A stretch of 64,000 bases of DNA from Octopus vulgaris (GCA_951406725.2 OX597824.1:52514001-52578000); one strand, 5' to 3'; shown: positions 28,178-43,349, counted from the first letter of the stretch. The notes: a model not told the origin generated them from the letters alone. Numbers and translations are program-made.

Positions 28178-29819
28178 CTGTAAAATATGTGACGATTATT
28201 CAATAGCCAAGATAAAACTCTGAGTATTTCAATACCTGATCTTCCATATAAATTTACAAGGAAGTTATCCCAGATATCCTGTCCTATACCTGTTGTTTCT
28301 ACCATGTCTGAAGTGACATCTGCGTGTCCCAATCCTTATATCTTCCGTAAATTTATTCACATTCTTAAGTTTTCCATACAGGAGATTTGCATTTCGCCCA
28401 CAAAACACGTTCTCAATATTTTAATTTTCCCCTTCTTAATCCCAAGTTCTTCATTTTTTACTTTTTCCACATTCTTTTCTTGATAATCCACAGAGAAACA
28501 GACTGTACGAATCTTTAAGAATTTTATTCTTTGTTTTTTCTTCAATAAACACTAACATCTTCCTAAACATCCACCCATAATCTCACCACTTTCAAAAAGC
28601 TACAATATGTGTGTGTGTGTATGTGTGAGTGTGTGTGTGTGAGTGTATGTGTGTGTGTGTGCGTATGTTCCTTATGCATTCGAAAACTGAGTTGCCCATT
28701 TTGACGTATAAGATATTAAAAGATTCAATAATCTTTTGGCTACCAAATAAAGTATGTTTTTCGCATAACTCTTTTTTTACTAACAAAATAACCTCGGAAA
28801 CGAGGTTGGATTGCATAATTTTGGAGTCATTTTCGGGTAATATTTTGATTTGCTTCTGATGTTTCATTTTCGTCCCCTGTTTCACGCATGCGTAGAATTC
28901 TACAAAAATACCACACGTAAAAAAAATTGGCATTATCCCTCTCTTTCAATTTCAACATGTTACAACTTCATTAACTTCATCGACATATGACTAAACCTGC
29001 ATTTAATTTCACTTCTTACACACTTTGCTATCAAGTATATAGACCATTCCAAACAGTCTGTAAAGATAATTTATTTCTTAGGCTTTCACAGTTAATCGGC
29101 CATACATCGCTCCATTACTACTGTCCAACCTCTGCATACTAGCATAACCTATTTTTTTAAGAAGCACAGCGTCCGTATACATTTATGCCAAACTGCCCAC
29201 ATCACTACCACTTTTTACTCATAACCTTATATATGTGCATATACATACAGCCCCAAATGTCCCTTCTTTATTCTGTTGGCTTCGACATTGATATAAACTG
29301 ATACCAAATATGCTTGCAGAAAACCATAATACTTTTGAGCATTGGGGAAGCTTATGTATATCTGTGTGATTCACAGTCATCAACAAATAATTTAGGGCGG
29401 GTAAGAACTATCTCAGCTTCTATATTACCCTATTTTTAACCATGAAAAGGAGTTGCTAATATTGCTGTATCAGATGTCAAAACATTGACCAATCTTTCGG
29501 CTACCAGTCTAAAGTAAGTGTTTGGCTCAGGAAACCTATTTTACTAGAAAAATTAGCACCAAAACGAGGCTCGGTCGCATAATTTTTAGGACATTTCGGG
29601 GCAATATTAAGATTTCATTCTAATCTAATCTGCCATTGTACATGTCAAAAATGTCAGCATTGTTCATCACAAAATGATCAAAAAAACATGTTTATAAAGA
29701 AGAGTTGTTTACTTTATACTCTTCGTAAGCCGATTCTGGCCATAAGAAAGGAGCAAATAATACAATGTGGCTGTAGGTCATAACATAATACCCGGACAAC
29801 AATTGGGATACATTGCCAG

Positions 29820-29866
<47 letters not shown>

Positions 29867-29980
29867 ATATTTCGGAATGGTCATTTTGCCAGTTTAGCCA
29901 ATAAAAACACACGCACTATATATTTGGTGTCATTTTGCTTCAGTGTTATTTATTTTTTACATTAATCTTAATCTTATTTC

Positions 29981-30025
29981 GGCCAGAGTTCTTTCGTCAC
30001 ACTCATGTGACCGTATCAGTGGTCC
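29981..30025 (-). ncRNA. Minimal hammerhead-like motif (variant core)
   Basis: GGACCA-CUGAUACG-GUCACA UGAG UGUGAC-GAAA-GAAC-UC-UGGCC, within a repeat abutting (TA)n at 29862. Confidence 0.55.
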
Positions 30026-30268
30026 TTTGTTTTCTTCTTTCTTATTTGTGTCTCTCCTTACTTGCGTAAAATAAGGTCACAAATGGATTTTAAAAGTTCA
30101 CAACACCTGTTTCAGTAGCATTTCTCTATTGATGAATAGATCGATTACTACGATTACATCATTAAAAAAAACGCTTTCATTAGGTAAGGTTAAACTTAGG
30201 TAGGAGAATAAGATTCGATGCAATCCGCTTTGCTAGGCACCTTTAAATATATCTACACAGTATGTGTA

Positions 30269-30307
<39 letters not shown>

Positions 30308-30418
30308 GCATACATACATACATACATACATACATACATACATACATACATACATACATACATACATACATACATACATACATACATACATACGTACATA
30401 CATACGTACATACATACA

Positions 30419-30452
<34 letters not shown>

Positions 30453-30896
30453 CATACATACATACATACATATATATCAGCTGCTTTCTCGTATACGAGC
30501 AAGGCCATTGCTAGAAAGAATCATTGGAATAAGTCAATGTTGATACAATGTGAAGCCCTTGTATGACTCTTGGGCCCGGCGAAAGTTTAACACATTCTAT
30601 TACATAAAGCACAGCTGTGCTGGCTGGCAGAAGAAACAGGTGCGACAGTGTGAACTCTTTTGACATGCCTTTTCAATCTTCCAACTGAGATGCACACCTT
30701 TCCATTTTGCACATGTTCTGTTGTGAAAAATAACCATATCACAATTTACCATGGGTCGATCCTATGAGTTCTCTGATCGCTAACCAGGCCCGCACGATTC
30801 AAGCACCACCTCCCACAAACCACACACGTAAAAAGCAACATATACACACATACAAATATATATGAATATATACACATATTCTATATATATGTACGT

Positions 30897-30933
<37 letters not shown>

Positions 30934-30961
30934 CATACATATATATACACCAATTAATATA

Positions 30962-31021
<60 letters not shown>

Positions 31022-31025
<4 letters not shown>

Positions 31026-31215
31026 GGAAAGTTTACGAAAATAAACAAAAGACGAAGGCAGGTGGAGTACAAACAAACAAATGTATTAGTATAGCGCTCA
31101 GGAATAGAAAAATTCTTTTACGTTTCGACCCTACGCTCTTCGACAGAAAGATACACAGAAAAGAAACAAGGAGAGAAAACAAATGTGTGTTGTAGCTAAC
31201 GATCTATCATGGCGT
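31022..31215 (-). mobile_element. PLE terminal-repeat-like fragment with hammerhead motif
   Basis: Abuts (TA)n; contains UCUUU-CUGUCGAA-GAGC GUAG GGUC-GAAA-CG-UA-AAAGA at 31114-31151 and cctgagcg as in 49237-49245. Confidence 0.6.
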
Positions 31216-31682
31216 CCTGACTTCGGACAATGGTCAGACACGAGAGGGACAGTAGGGAAGATAACAGGGTCAAGTGACTTCCAATACGAAGGTGCCCCCA
31301 ACACAAAGGTGCGTGTGTGTATAAGAGAGTATGTATGTGCGGGTGAAAGAGGGCTGGTGGTCTGGACGAGTGTGTGTATGTATGTGTAGGTGTAAAGATG
31401 TGGGGATGGGTGTGTGGGTGGTGTATTGCGATGTGATGTGTAATGTTGTATGGTGTAGTGTAGTGTGGTGTGATGTTGTGGGGAGGTGGGGGAGGCGAGA
31501 GGGGGGGAAGCACAGGTGGGGGTGGGTTCGGCTGGGGGTTGGGGTATAGTGGGGGTTGTGGATAGGTAGAAGGTGGGGCTAGAGGTGAGGTATGTGGGGC
31601 AGGAGTATGGGATAGGGGTGGGGTATGTGGGGGATAGGTGTGGGATAGGGGAAGGTGTGTGGGGGAGGGGGTAGAGTGGGGG

Positions 31683-32497
31683 GGCAGAGTAAAGCCGTAT
31701 GGTAAAATTTAACTTAAACTGAGCTGTGCATGCGCACTAAGTTTTAGCGTTCTAGCTCACTTCTGCTATTTACAGCAGTTCTTAGAAGGAATGTGTTTAG
31801 CGTGTGATCGTTGCATTGACAATGACAGGGAAAGTTGTCATGGCGATACCTGCTCAGAACCCTACACAATGTTGCAGAAAGTGTATGGAGAGAAGTGCAT
31901 GAGTCGCAAACAAGTGTACGAGTGGTTCAGACATTTTCAAGATGGCCAAGAATATGTCGATGTTAACGAGAGTTCTGGGAGACCCGCAACCAGCAGAACT
32001 GAGAAAAACATCGCAGATGTGCGTGCAGCTGTGAGGAGAAATCGTCGAATCTTCATCCGTGTGTTATCAGTTCAGTCCGTTATCACTGGAGATTTGGCTA
32101 TGAGACGCGTGTCTGCCAAGTTTGTAGCAAAACTACTTTCAGCTGACCAAAAACACACTCGGGTTTCAGTTGCACAATATCTACTTGATTTTGTCGAGAA
32201 CGACGAACGAAATTTTTTTGAAAACTTTGCGTAGACCTCTTAGCAGGTATCGCCAAATTTTGGAAACATTTGATGCAGATTCTCTGGTCAACTTTTTTTA
32301 TGGACAATGCGGCGATTACACGCTACATACCTTCCTTCCAAGCCCTGCTGCAAACAGCGGAAGTGAGCTAGAGCGTTAAAACTTAGTGCACATGCACAGC
32401 AGAGTCCAAAGTATATCTGTGTCAAGCGGCTTTACTCTGTCTGCTTTAGCTTCGTTATTATAGCAGCAGTTCGGTTACTTATTGATCAGACCACGTA
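31683..32497. mobile_element. Rearranged mariner relic: + strand 5' half plus an inverted second 5' end
   Basis: HTH fragment MLQKVYGEKCMSRKQVYEWFRHFQDG..SSGRPATS..MRRVSAKFV on +; DQRICIK and TIR-like TA-CGTGGTCTGATCAATAAGTAACCGAAC on - ending at 32497. Confidence 0.85.
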
Positions 32498-32720
32498 TAA
32501 CTGTGTGTGTGTGTATATATATTTGTGTATATATTAAAGCACATTATCATAACAGTTGCAATACACAAGTTGAAGTAAAGTTATACATAGTCATTGCATA
32601 ACTGATATCAAATATATGATATATCGTCATACATGCGTGAGAATATTTTAAAAGGAAACTGTGCAGTTTGCTGTGTCTACTGTCTAGACTAAAGTCAATA
32701 TGAATATGAGTTAGTGCGTG

Positions 32721-32816
<96 letters not shown>

Positions 32817-32929
32817 CGTATGTATGTATGTATGCATATATGTATGTATATTCACACAAACACACACATGTACACAGACACGCACACACACACACACACA
32901 TATGTATAGGGAGAGAGAGAGAGAGAGAG

Positions 32930-32991
<62 letters not shown>

Positions 32992-33240
32992 GGAGAAAGA
33001 GCGACAGAGAGAGTGTGACAGAGAGAGAAAGAGGGAGAGAGAGAGAAAGAGAGAGAGAAAGCTCTTTGTGTATATGTTTTCCAAGCTGCTTTTGTACGCT
33101 TTTCATTCTCATACATATTCATTATCTTTAACCGTTGTCGCCGACTATTTCTTTGTATCAGTCACATTCTATACGAGTAGCAGAATTCTGATACTCGTTA
33201 GCTCTCTAGCTCCTCACTCTCTCACTTTGTGGTGTGTTTA

Positions 33241-33282
<42 letters not shown>

Positions 33283-33410
33283 TGTGTGTGTGCGTGTGTG
33301 TGTTTGCGTGTGTGCCTGTATGTGTGTTTGTAGGCGTAACATCTATACGTTTGGACATGTACTTATGTTCACACAAATTATACATATATATATGTATATA
33401 AATATACATT

Positions 33411-33452
<42 letters not shown>

Positions 33453-33485
33453 TATACATATATATATATACATTTTTATATATAT

Positions 33486-33778
33486 ACTAACAGTATCGCC
33501 CGGCGTTGCGGTTTGTTTAGACCCTTTAGAATTGGAATTTTTGAAAAGTAAACATTTGGCAGTATGTAGCTTGTTATTTTCTTTAAGTGAAATACACCGA
33601 AAAATGCCGGCACAGCAGTCAAAACATCGTAAAAAATAGGGATTTTCATAGAAAAAGGGCACCTTTTTGATGTAAATAATTTCTGGTGTTAACATGGTCC
33701 GATTTGAATTTTTTCTTCTACGGAAGGAAGAGTTAGCCTTCTTCTATCATACTCTCATATATATATATATGTATATAT

Positions 33779-33856
<78 letters not shown>

Positions 33857-33909
33857 CATACATACATACATACATACATACATACATACATACATTCATA
33901 TATATATGA

Positions 33910-33944
<35 letters not shown>

Positions 33945-34339
33945 TACGAAAAAACCCTACAGGCTACATCCCGAAAATTCATTTCTTTGCCCAATTTCTA
34001 CAATGTTTACGGTGATTCGTTTTTATATCTTGATTTTTTATTTTTCATGCAATTTACGCATGCTTGCACGCGTGGTGAACACAGTTCACGTCAAACAGCT
34101 GACTGAGTAAAGTTCACTATTCAATGCATGGGATAAGGCCTAAACAAACACATTAACGATTTTTGCACTTGCGAGATAAATTTCGGAACAGAAATAGCGC
34201 AGTTCAATTTTCATTCGCCTAAATTTTAAGTGACCCATTTTTGTGGTTCTACGATTTGTTGGCTAGGAGGAGATGTGCCGGGAAGTTAAACACACAGATA
34301 CACACACAGACACACAAGTTAAGTTTTATATATATAGAT
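33486..34339 (+). mobile_element. Non-autonomous Helitron-like element(s), interrupted by (TA)n/(TACA)n
   Basis: 5' ACTAACAGTATCGCCCGGCGTTGC and 3' (CA/CAGA)n..TTTTATATATATAGAT architecture typical of Lep1/DINE-like elements. Confidence 0.5.
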
Positions 34340-35489
34340 AACACTTATAAACATATGCGCGTGTGTTAAAAAATATATACAAATGTGCAAATATGAAAAA
34401 TTATATGCATGTGTGTGTGTGTGCTTGAGTGATACTGTATATGTGAATATACACACAAAGGAAGAAAAAACACACACACACACACATCTTAAATATTTTT
34501 TGTCACTTTGTACCTCAGGTGATATGAAAAAATAAGCAAGTTACTAAATAAATATATAAATACAACATATCAAATAGCTTGATCATTGACAGACGGTTAT
34601 TCTCAACATATCGGAACTTTATGTTCGGTCAACATCCGTAATGATACACCAAAAAACGAAAAAACAAAAACATGCCAATAAAAGTCTATAGTTTTATAGA
34701 GTAGCAGTACATATTGATTACTGTATTTTTGCACACACATACATACAAACCCGCACATGCATGCACACATACATACCGACACACGCATTGTGTGTGTATG
34801 CGTGCGTGCGTGCGTGCGTGCGTGTGTGTGTGTAATTATACATGCGCAAGGGATAGAACGTACTTCAGACAACGAATGTGATGTACAAATTTCAATGTAA
34901 ACTTTACTACTCAAACCATTACATCGGACATATTTGTACACTTTTTCATTGATTCACCATATATTTTCAACACGGAGACATTGCAGCACATTTTGACAGA
35001 GGAAAACTAACAAAATTACATATTTCTCTCTACTTCTACAATTGTTTACAAAGAACTTCATAAACCACTGGCAAACATGTTCTGTAACATGACTTACAAA
35101 GTGAACACCATATGTTAATTTTTCTCATAGGGAAGCTAACTTCGTGGGCGGAGATTGGTTTAAATGTATGAGCAAATTGCTAAATTTTATAACATTTAAG
35201 AGATTTTTTTGTCTATAAGTACAAATTTATTTTGTCTTATTAATAAAGAATTGGGAGTTGATGGAATTTCCCGAATATTTGAACTGAAGACTTGTATTCG
35301 TCAGTCTGAGTACTGTACTATGCAATTCCTGTTTGCCAACCTAACAGCGCTAAATATGATCTGGGTTAGCCGATTCAGTTTCTAAGTTCACATTAGCCTA
35401 TTGGGAAAATTACCAAACTTTCAGCATTAATTAATCAGGTTTCTAAGTAACAACACCGACCTTCCTTGGTGTAGATTCTGCCAATAATA

Positions 35490-35899
35490 ATAATGGTTTC
35501 AAACTTCAAACACAAGGCCAGTAATTTTGTGCGAGGGAACTAGTTGATTACATCAACAGCACTGCTCAACTGTTACTTACTTTATCGACCCCGAAAGTAT
35601 GAAAGGCAAAGTCGACCTCAGCGCAATTTCAACTCAGAACCTGTAGACTGACGAAATACCTATTTCTTTACTACCCACAAGGAGCTAAACACAGAGAGGA
35701 CAAACAAGGACAGACAAACGGATTAAGTCGATTATATCGACCCCAGTGCGTAACTGGTACTTAATTTATCGACCCCGAAAGGATGAAAGGTAAAGTCGAC
35801 CTCGGCGGAATTTGAACTCAGAACGTAATGGCAGACGAAATACCACTAAGCATTTCGTTTGGCGTGCTAACGATTCTACCAGCTCGCCGCCTTACTGCC

Positions 35900-35953
<54 letters not shown>

Positions 35954-36171
35954 CTTTTCTACTATATGCGCAAGGCCTGAAATTTGGGGGAAGGGGACAG
36001 TTGATTTCATCGACCCGCAATAAAGAAATAGGTACTTAATTTATCGACCCTGAAAAGATGAAAGGCAAAGTCTACCTCAGCGGAATCTGTACTCAGAACG
36101 TAGCGGCAGACGAAATATCAGGCATTTCGCCCGGAGTGCTAACGATTTTGCTAGCTCGCCGCCTTACTCCC

Positions 36172-36213
<42 letters not shown>

Positions 36214-36325
36214 CCTTTCTATTATAGACACAAGGCCTGAAATTTAGGGGAGGGTGTCTAGTCGATTACATCCACCTCAGTGCGTAACTGATATTTATTT
36301 AATCGTTCCCGAAAGGATGAACAGC
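35490..36325 (-). mobile_element. Cluster of three SINE family II copies separated by (TAA)n
   Basis: Dimer at 35490-35895, monomer at 35953-36165, 3' fragment at 36212-36325. Confidence 0.88.
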
Positions 36326-36417
36326 AAGAAGAAGAAGAAGAAGAAGAAGAAGAAGAAGAAGAAGAAGAAGAAGAAGAAGAAGAAGAAGAAGAAGAAGAAG
36401 AAGAAGAAGAAGAAGAA

Positions 36418-36480
36418 TGGCTCTCATGACTTCTGATCTTAACTGATTGGAAGTGTTATCATGTACATGTTTTGTCTTAA
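36418..36480 (-). mobile_element. ~555-bp element, short terminal fragment
   Basis: tggctctcatgacttctgatcttaactgattggaagtgttatcatgtaca after (GAA)n. Confidence 0.8.
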
Positions 36481-37354
36481 GTTCTCCCATGACCTGACTG
36501 TAAAATGCACCCGCGAACGAGAAACAAGTTAGAAGAGAGGTTCAGATAAAAAGTGGAGGGTAAAGATGTCAGATAGGGTAGAAGAGAAGAGATGAAAGAA
36601 TGAAGTTGACGGAACGCCTCAGCCCCGTAAATGTTTGCACTTCACACTACCGCAGCCGGTTTAATGACGATGTCTAGATGGTGTCGTAGGCATCGAGCAG
36701 CTGGGAGTTCGACTCGAGAGAAGTACAAATGTGACGATACTCCTGGAATTTGAACGGGTTCGAGGCGCGTCGGCAAACACTTGCAAATTGATCAAATGCG
36801 TAAAATTGGTAGTTGAGTGTGTGTGTGTGTGTTCTGTGACATTTATATTCGTATGTGCAATCAAGCGCTTATTCGTAACAGTAATTTGATTGTTCACTAT
36901 CATGTGTCTTGTGAGTACGGATCCGTGGGACTACTGGACCAGCAGTTACCTTTTCCTGGCTACTTACTTTACATTTTCCCATTCTGATGTAGATTCTTGA
37001 AACTTTCTGACGCCAATGTTTATTGCAGTGCACTGAATACTCCCAATCTGTTGTTTTGATCTTACGTGGAGTCAGAGAATCTGTCGTGCAATCTGGAGAA
37101 CAGGTGAAGTACAAGAAGGCTCAAAAGATACCATAAAAAAACATTTAAAAAATAGCGAAAGTTTACAAGAGGATTGAGAAAATTATAGAGGAAAATTCCC
37201 CTTTATGCATCAGAAAAGCTACTGGCCTCAATAATGCTGTCTTGATTGAGCAACAAAATAATAAACTTGATTTTTACCAGAATCACAATGCTGTTTCAAA
37301 CATGTGTGTATACATACATACATACATACATACACGAACACACGCGCTGGCGTG

Positions 37355-37416
<62 letters not shown>

Positions 37417-37439
37417 TAGTGTTCATTATATACATTAGC

Positions 37440-37556
37440 AGAAAACCGCCCTCCGATCTCAATAAACACTCACAATGCCTGGTCTGGGAAACGAAACCGC
37501 GATCCTACGATTCCACGATCGCGATTACGCTGCCTTAACCACTGGGCCAATGCGCA
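37440..37556 (-). mobile_element. SINE family III tRNA-like head
   Basis: GCGCATTGGCCCAGTGGTTAAGG..GGTTTCGTTTCCCAGACC..GTGTTTATTGAG is homologous to 6666-6820. Confidence 0.6.
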
Positions 37557-38365
37557 TTCACACATACACGCATGTATATCGTATATATATATATATATAG
37601 ACTACATATGTGGGAAATCCTGTCTGTGTGTGTGTTTGTGGAGATGTTGGCTAACTCTTCCTACATCGTGATATTGATTTTGATTAAACTTGACACGTGG
37701 GTAGAACTTATGTCTGGAAATCTAATGGCTTACTCGATTATTGAAAAACATCGACAATAGTACCCCTGGAAGAGATCCTTATATATAACTAATACATTTT
37801 ATTTTAACAGCCAAGAGAAATAACCCATTCATGTTCCTATATTATTTTATATAAATCAAATTGAGTATGCTTATTTCTTAGTATTTAAACTGTTAGAGAT
37901 ATTTTCGCAACGTATCCAGTACAACCCTTAAACAAGCCCCTTTCAGAGTTATTTACTTTGAATTGTTATTATCTCATATATGATTAGCCTGTTATTATAT
38001 AGCATGCTTCACGATTTTAATATACACACCTAATTGGTATTTCCTCCTAAGTTCTGTATACTCTGGGAATGCCTCAAAGCCCTTTTCGGGGCTACTTTAT
38101 TTGAATTCTTACTATCGAGTAACTAATTTCATGTTATTACATAACTTGGGTATTCATAACTTAGTGGGGACTCCTAAAAACAAGATCCTGTGTAAGACAG
38201 TTCGGTATTCTCTGTAAATGCACAAAAAGCGTTTAAGGGCTACATACTTTCTATTGTTGTTATTGGATTAGCGAAACAAGTATGAGAACGGAGCCAAGGG
38301 ATAAACCCCGCTTTTCTGGGAATTACCGGATACGTCAGCTAATATATATATATATATATATATAT

Positions 38366-38997
38366 ATTAAATTAGAAATGAAAAGGCCAAGCGTTTGGAA
38401 AGACTTGACAAAGACATTTAATTTAGATATATAATACAAAGGTATACATAGTATCTAACAGCTGTTTATAGAATATCCAAGTTATTGGAACATCGTGCCG
38501 TGCGAGGATTCCAAATATTGAGTGTCTCGTCATCAGGGAGAGAGAGAAGTTAAACGGCGTAACAGCGAAAGAATATCAATCATCAATGATAACTATTGTA
38601 TTTTATTTTGCTGAGAAATGGAGGAGAAATCTAATTAAAATAAGCATTCGTTATGTAGATCCATGGGCAAATTAAGAAAAGCAGTAATGTCCATTAGTAG
38701 AATAAGAAAAGAGAGAATGGTTTGATTATAATCCAGGGCGAGGGGAACAGATGTTGCCAGTTCCAATGTTGGATAAGGACTAAAGGAAGAATGAGTATAC
38801 TACACTATAGTAGGAGGAGGGCAGGCAGGTGGGTGGTGTGCATTTGATATAGACTACAATGATTATCATTGAGGAGTAATATTCCTTCATTGTTACATCT
38901 GCTTATATATCTAAATATACACCTTTTCTATTATATATCTAAATTAAACTTCTTTATTAAATCTTGCCAAATGGTTTGCCTTTTCATTTGCTTTAAT
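38366..38997. repeat. Diverged ~95-bp inverted repeats with a hammerhead relic (38453-38540, minus)
   Basis: 38366-38465 matches the reverse complement of 38895-38997; CUGAUGA-long stem-UAAA-CAGCUG-UU. Confidence 0.7.
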
Positions 38998-39857
38998 CTA
39001 TGCCTAGCTGCTTAAGAAGAAGCCACTCCTATCCGCTTCAGAGAGTCTGTCTCAACATCACATGTTCAACTGCAGTTCAAACCTGAATTTTAGTGGCATA
39101 TCAATTTGAACACTCAGAGTGCATACATATTATTCTGTGTCACACTGATGAAAACATAAATACATATATGCATAAATATTTATCTATGCATATATATATA
39201 TGCATAGAAACATAGATACATAGATATATAGATATATGGAGGTATGTATGTACGTATGTAAAGAGTGAAATGAAAATTACAATATTAAACGATAAATACA
39301 AATTGCGCATGTGATGTAGCAACAGCAATTATACAAAATTTATTACACTAATTCAAATCGTCAAATGTAAAAAATATTCCGTCTCCAATACAAGAACTAC
39401 AAGAATGATGGCAAAACAATAACAATAACAATCACAACAACAGCAACAACAATAATAATGATAATCTCTGTAAATTGAGATGGACAGTTAATAGCTTCGC
39501 TATGACTTATAAAATGCCGCCGTTCCAGAAAAGGACAATGAAAGTTGGTATGCGATGTGATTAGCGAAGCTGAATATCGCAATCCAAGACTATTGTCGTC
39601 ATCATAAACATAACTTCACAGCCACCACCACCGTCCTCCTGCCGTTATTCTCATCGTTGTTGTTGTCGTTGTCATCATCCTCAGCAGCAGCAGCAACAGC
39701 AGCATTCACAACAATAACATCAATAGCACCAGCAGTTATTGTGTCACAGAAGTAGAAGCAGGGAAGTAACCAACGACAGTTTCAGAAATGATGGTGATAA
39801 TGACGATGAGAACGTTGAAGAGAAGTGACCATTAATTATTATTAAATTCTGCTATTA

Positions 39858-40055
39858 AGGTGGCGAGCAGACCGAATCGTTAGCATGCTGGGCTAAATGT
39901 ATAACGATATTTCGTTTGTCTTCATGTTCAAAGAGGTCGACTTTGCTCTTCATCTGTTCGGGGATCGAGAAAATATGTATCAATTAAGAACTGACGTCCA
40001 TGTAATCGACTTATCCCTCCCTCGAAATTGCAGACCTTGTGCCAAAATTTGAAAT
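39858..40055 (+). mobile_element. SINE family II, diverged
   Basis: aaggtggcgagc head; gaggtcgactttgc core; ccttgtgccaaaatttgaaa tail. Confidence 0.8.
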
Positions 40056-41369
40056 CCTTATCAAACTTTGCTAGACGAGTTAAATATTTTAACAAAAAAT
40101 TTTGTGTGTCGGAGACACACAAATTATATTATTTTCGGTGCTCACGTGATGCATCGTAGAGTGAGTCGACACAAAATCTAGCCTTTGTCAAGTATTGATC
40201 AATGTGGATCATTCTAAAGCCAACCATTTCTATCTCGTGGTGGTCTTCAGCTCCGTCTATCCTTATGGGAACTATATCGAATCACGCTTTCACTCTGTCA
40301 AAGATATCCTTTCCCAATCTCTTTATATATTTTAACATTTGAGACATTGCTTTGGAGGATGAATATGTTAAATGGCAATTCAGTTGAACTGGAACATATG
40401 AGGTTAGTTTGTAATAAAGATGTAAAAACAGAGACCAAAATGATGCCGCATTGTATAACCATCCTAGAGTAGGAACAACAATGGTTACAACAAGGATCCA
40501 ACGAAGAAGTAACCACGTGGTTCCACAACTTGTTAGCGATAGTATCCGAATCTCCTAAACATTATATAGAGGCAACATATTGAGAACTGTAGCTTTGTAT
40601 AAAAGTAATCATCAAATCCCCGAGGTTAAGATACGAACAGGCCATTTAAATAGCCTGGTCGATGAGGTCAACAGGACTGATTTTGAACGGTCGCGTGCAT
40701 TTTCTCAATCGCGAAACTTAAGACCATCTTTTCTCATAGTCCACGTCTCACAAGCCAATCCAAGGATCACTTGCATCTCGTTGTTCATAGCGATGTCTTG
40801 TCTTTACAACTCCAGCACTCGACGCAAACTCACATTTTCAAGACTTGAAGTATATGTTCATGTTTCACAGTAACAGTAAGTGTAACTACCCTACGTTTCA
40901 GCACCGATTGAAACATCTTACCTCGTAGATGATAAGTTTTTGCGACTCTATCTACAGGACGACTTCCACCTGCTTTACAAGACCGTGAGCAATGAGATGA
41001 CATGTCGCTGTGTTAACATTTTTTTTTTTCAGTTGAAAACTCAGCTGAGTCTCAGTATGAGTAGGCGATGATGTGGTGCTATAGAATCTGACAGGATTGG
41101 CGTCGGTTGACAGTTGGAAATTACAGCAGTATGACAGACATTAGTCTTTCTGGTTAGATCCTCACTTCTGTTATAGGCGTCAAGAGAGAAGGGCTAGTTC
41201 TTTAAAAAAATGTTGAGGGTAATCATATTGTGAGATTAAGTGGAAACTGGGATGCGTCCTTTTGATCGCTGAACCAACATAGTCAATGAGGGATATAGAA
41301 TTCAAAACCCTTTTCTTTGACCAACTCCCCTTCCAATTTTTCAAATTTCATTTGAAAAGAAAAGTCAGT

Positions 41370-41998
<629 letters not shown>

Positions 41999-42019
41999 TA
42001 ATTCTTTACTCTTTACTCT

Positions 42020-42413
42020 TTACTCTTTTACTTGTTTCAGTCATTTGACTGTGGAGCACCACCTTTAATCGAGCAACTCGACCCCGGGACTTATTCTTTT
42101 GTAAGCCCAGTACTTATTCTATCGGTCTCTTTTTGCCGAACCGCTAAGTAACGAGGGCATTTAAAGACACCAGCATCGGTTGTCAAGCAATGCTAGGGGG
42201 ACAAACACAGGCACACTAACACACACACGCATATATATATACATATATACGATGGGCTTCTTTCACTTTCCATCTACCAAATCCACTCACAAGGCTTTGG
42301 TCGGCCCGAGGCTATAGTAGAAGACACTTGCCCAAGGTGTCACGCAGTGGGACTGAACCCGGAACCGTGTGGTTGGTAAACAAGCTACTTACCACACAGC
42401 CACTCCCTGCGCC
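42020..42413 (-). mobile_element. SINE family I, full length
   Basis: GGCGCAGGGAGTGGCTGTGTGGTAAG..GGTTCAGTCCC head and complete body. Confidence 0.92.
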
Positions 42414-42793
<380 letters not shown>

Positions 42794-42794
42794 C

Positions 42795-43349
42795 TGCCCT
42801 GATGCAGTACCATGCAGTGGCTCTCATGGCTTCTGATCTTAACTGATTGGAAGTGTTATCATGTACATTGTTTTGTTTTGGTATAAAAGATGGGCTACAG
42901 CAAATATTCAGCTCAATACGACAGAGTTGCTTGTCAGTTGTTTAACCTTAACCAGTTGACCATGTCCCTTAGTGGCTGACGATATGTACATCTCTGATTA
43001 CGAGCAGAAGTAGTGGGGGAGCATCATGGCCGTGTGTTGAAAGGAATTCTTAGAGGTTTGGATAATTCACCTTTGGAAACATGGGTGGTTCTTTCAACAT
43101 CTTTAAACAATCCTTATTCAGGGACCTTTTGAGTGGGATGGGTTACTCGATCAGAAGAATATTCTAACTGGGCCCCACCTGCAAGGTCATGTGCTGTTTA
43201 TCTTGATATGAGATTACCATGTCGCGCACATATGGTTGTGATGCATGTGCCTGGTGTACCCTTATCAGACGGGTAGCCATGATGGATATACTGGGCTTCG
43301 TATATTTTACCCCAGTGTCACTTTGATGGCATGCACTGCTCTCTCACTC
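42795..43349 (-). mobile_element. ~555-bp element, copy 2
   Basis: Colinear with copies 1 and 3, with the same termini. Confidence 0.88.

Noticed and set aside
31400-31685. G-rich tract as a functional G-quadruplex or telomeric repeat
   Set aside because: Irregular low-complexity sequence with no TTAGGG periodicity; probably part of the adjacent repeat
40700-41000. RTE-like remnant (ACETWTMRK on the minus strand)
   Set aside because: A single short motif is insufficient to delimit a feature
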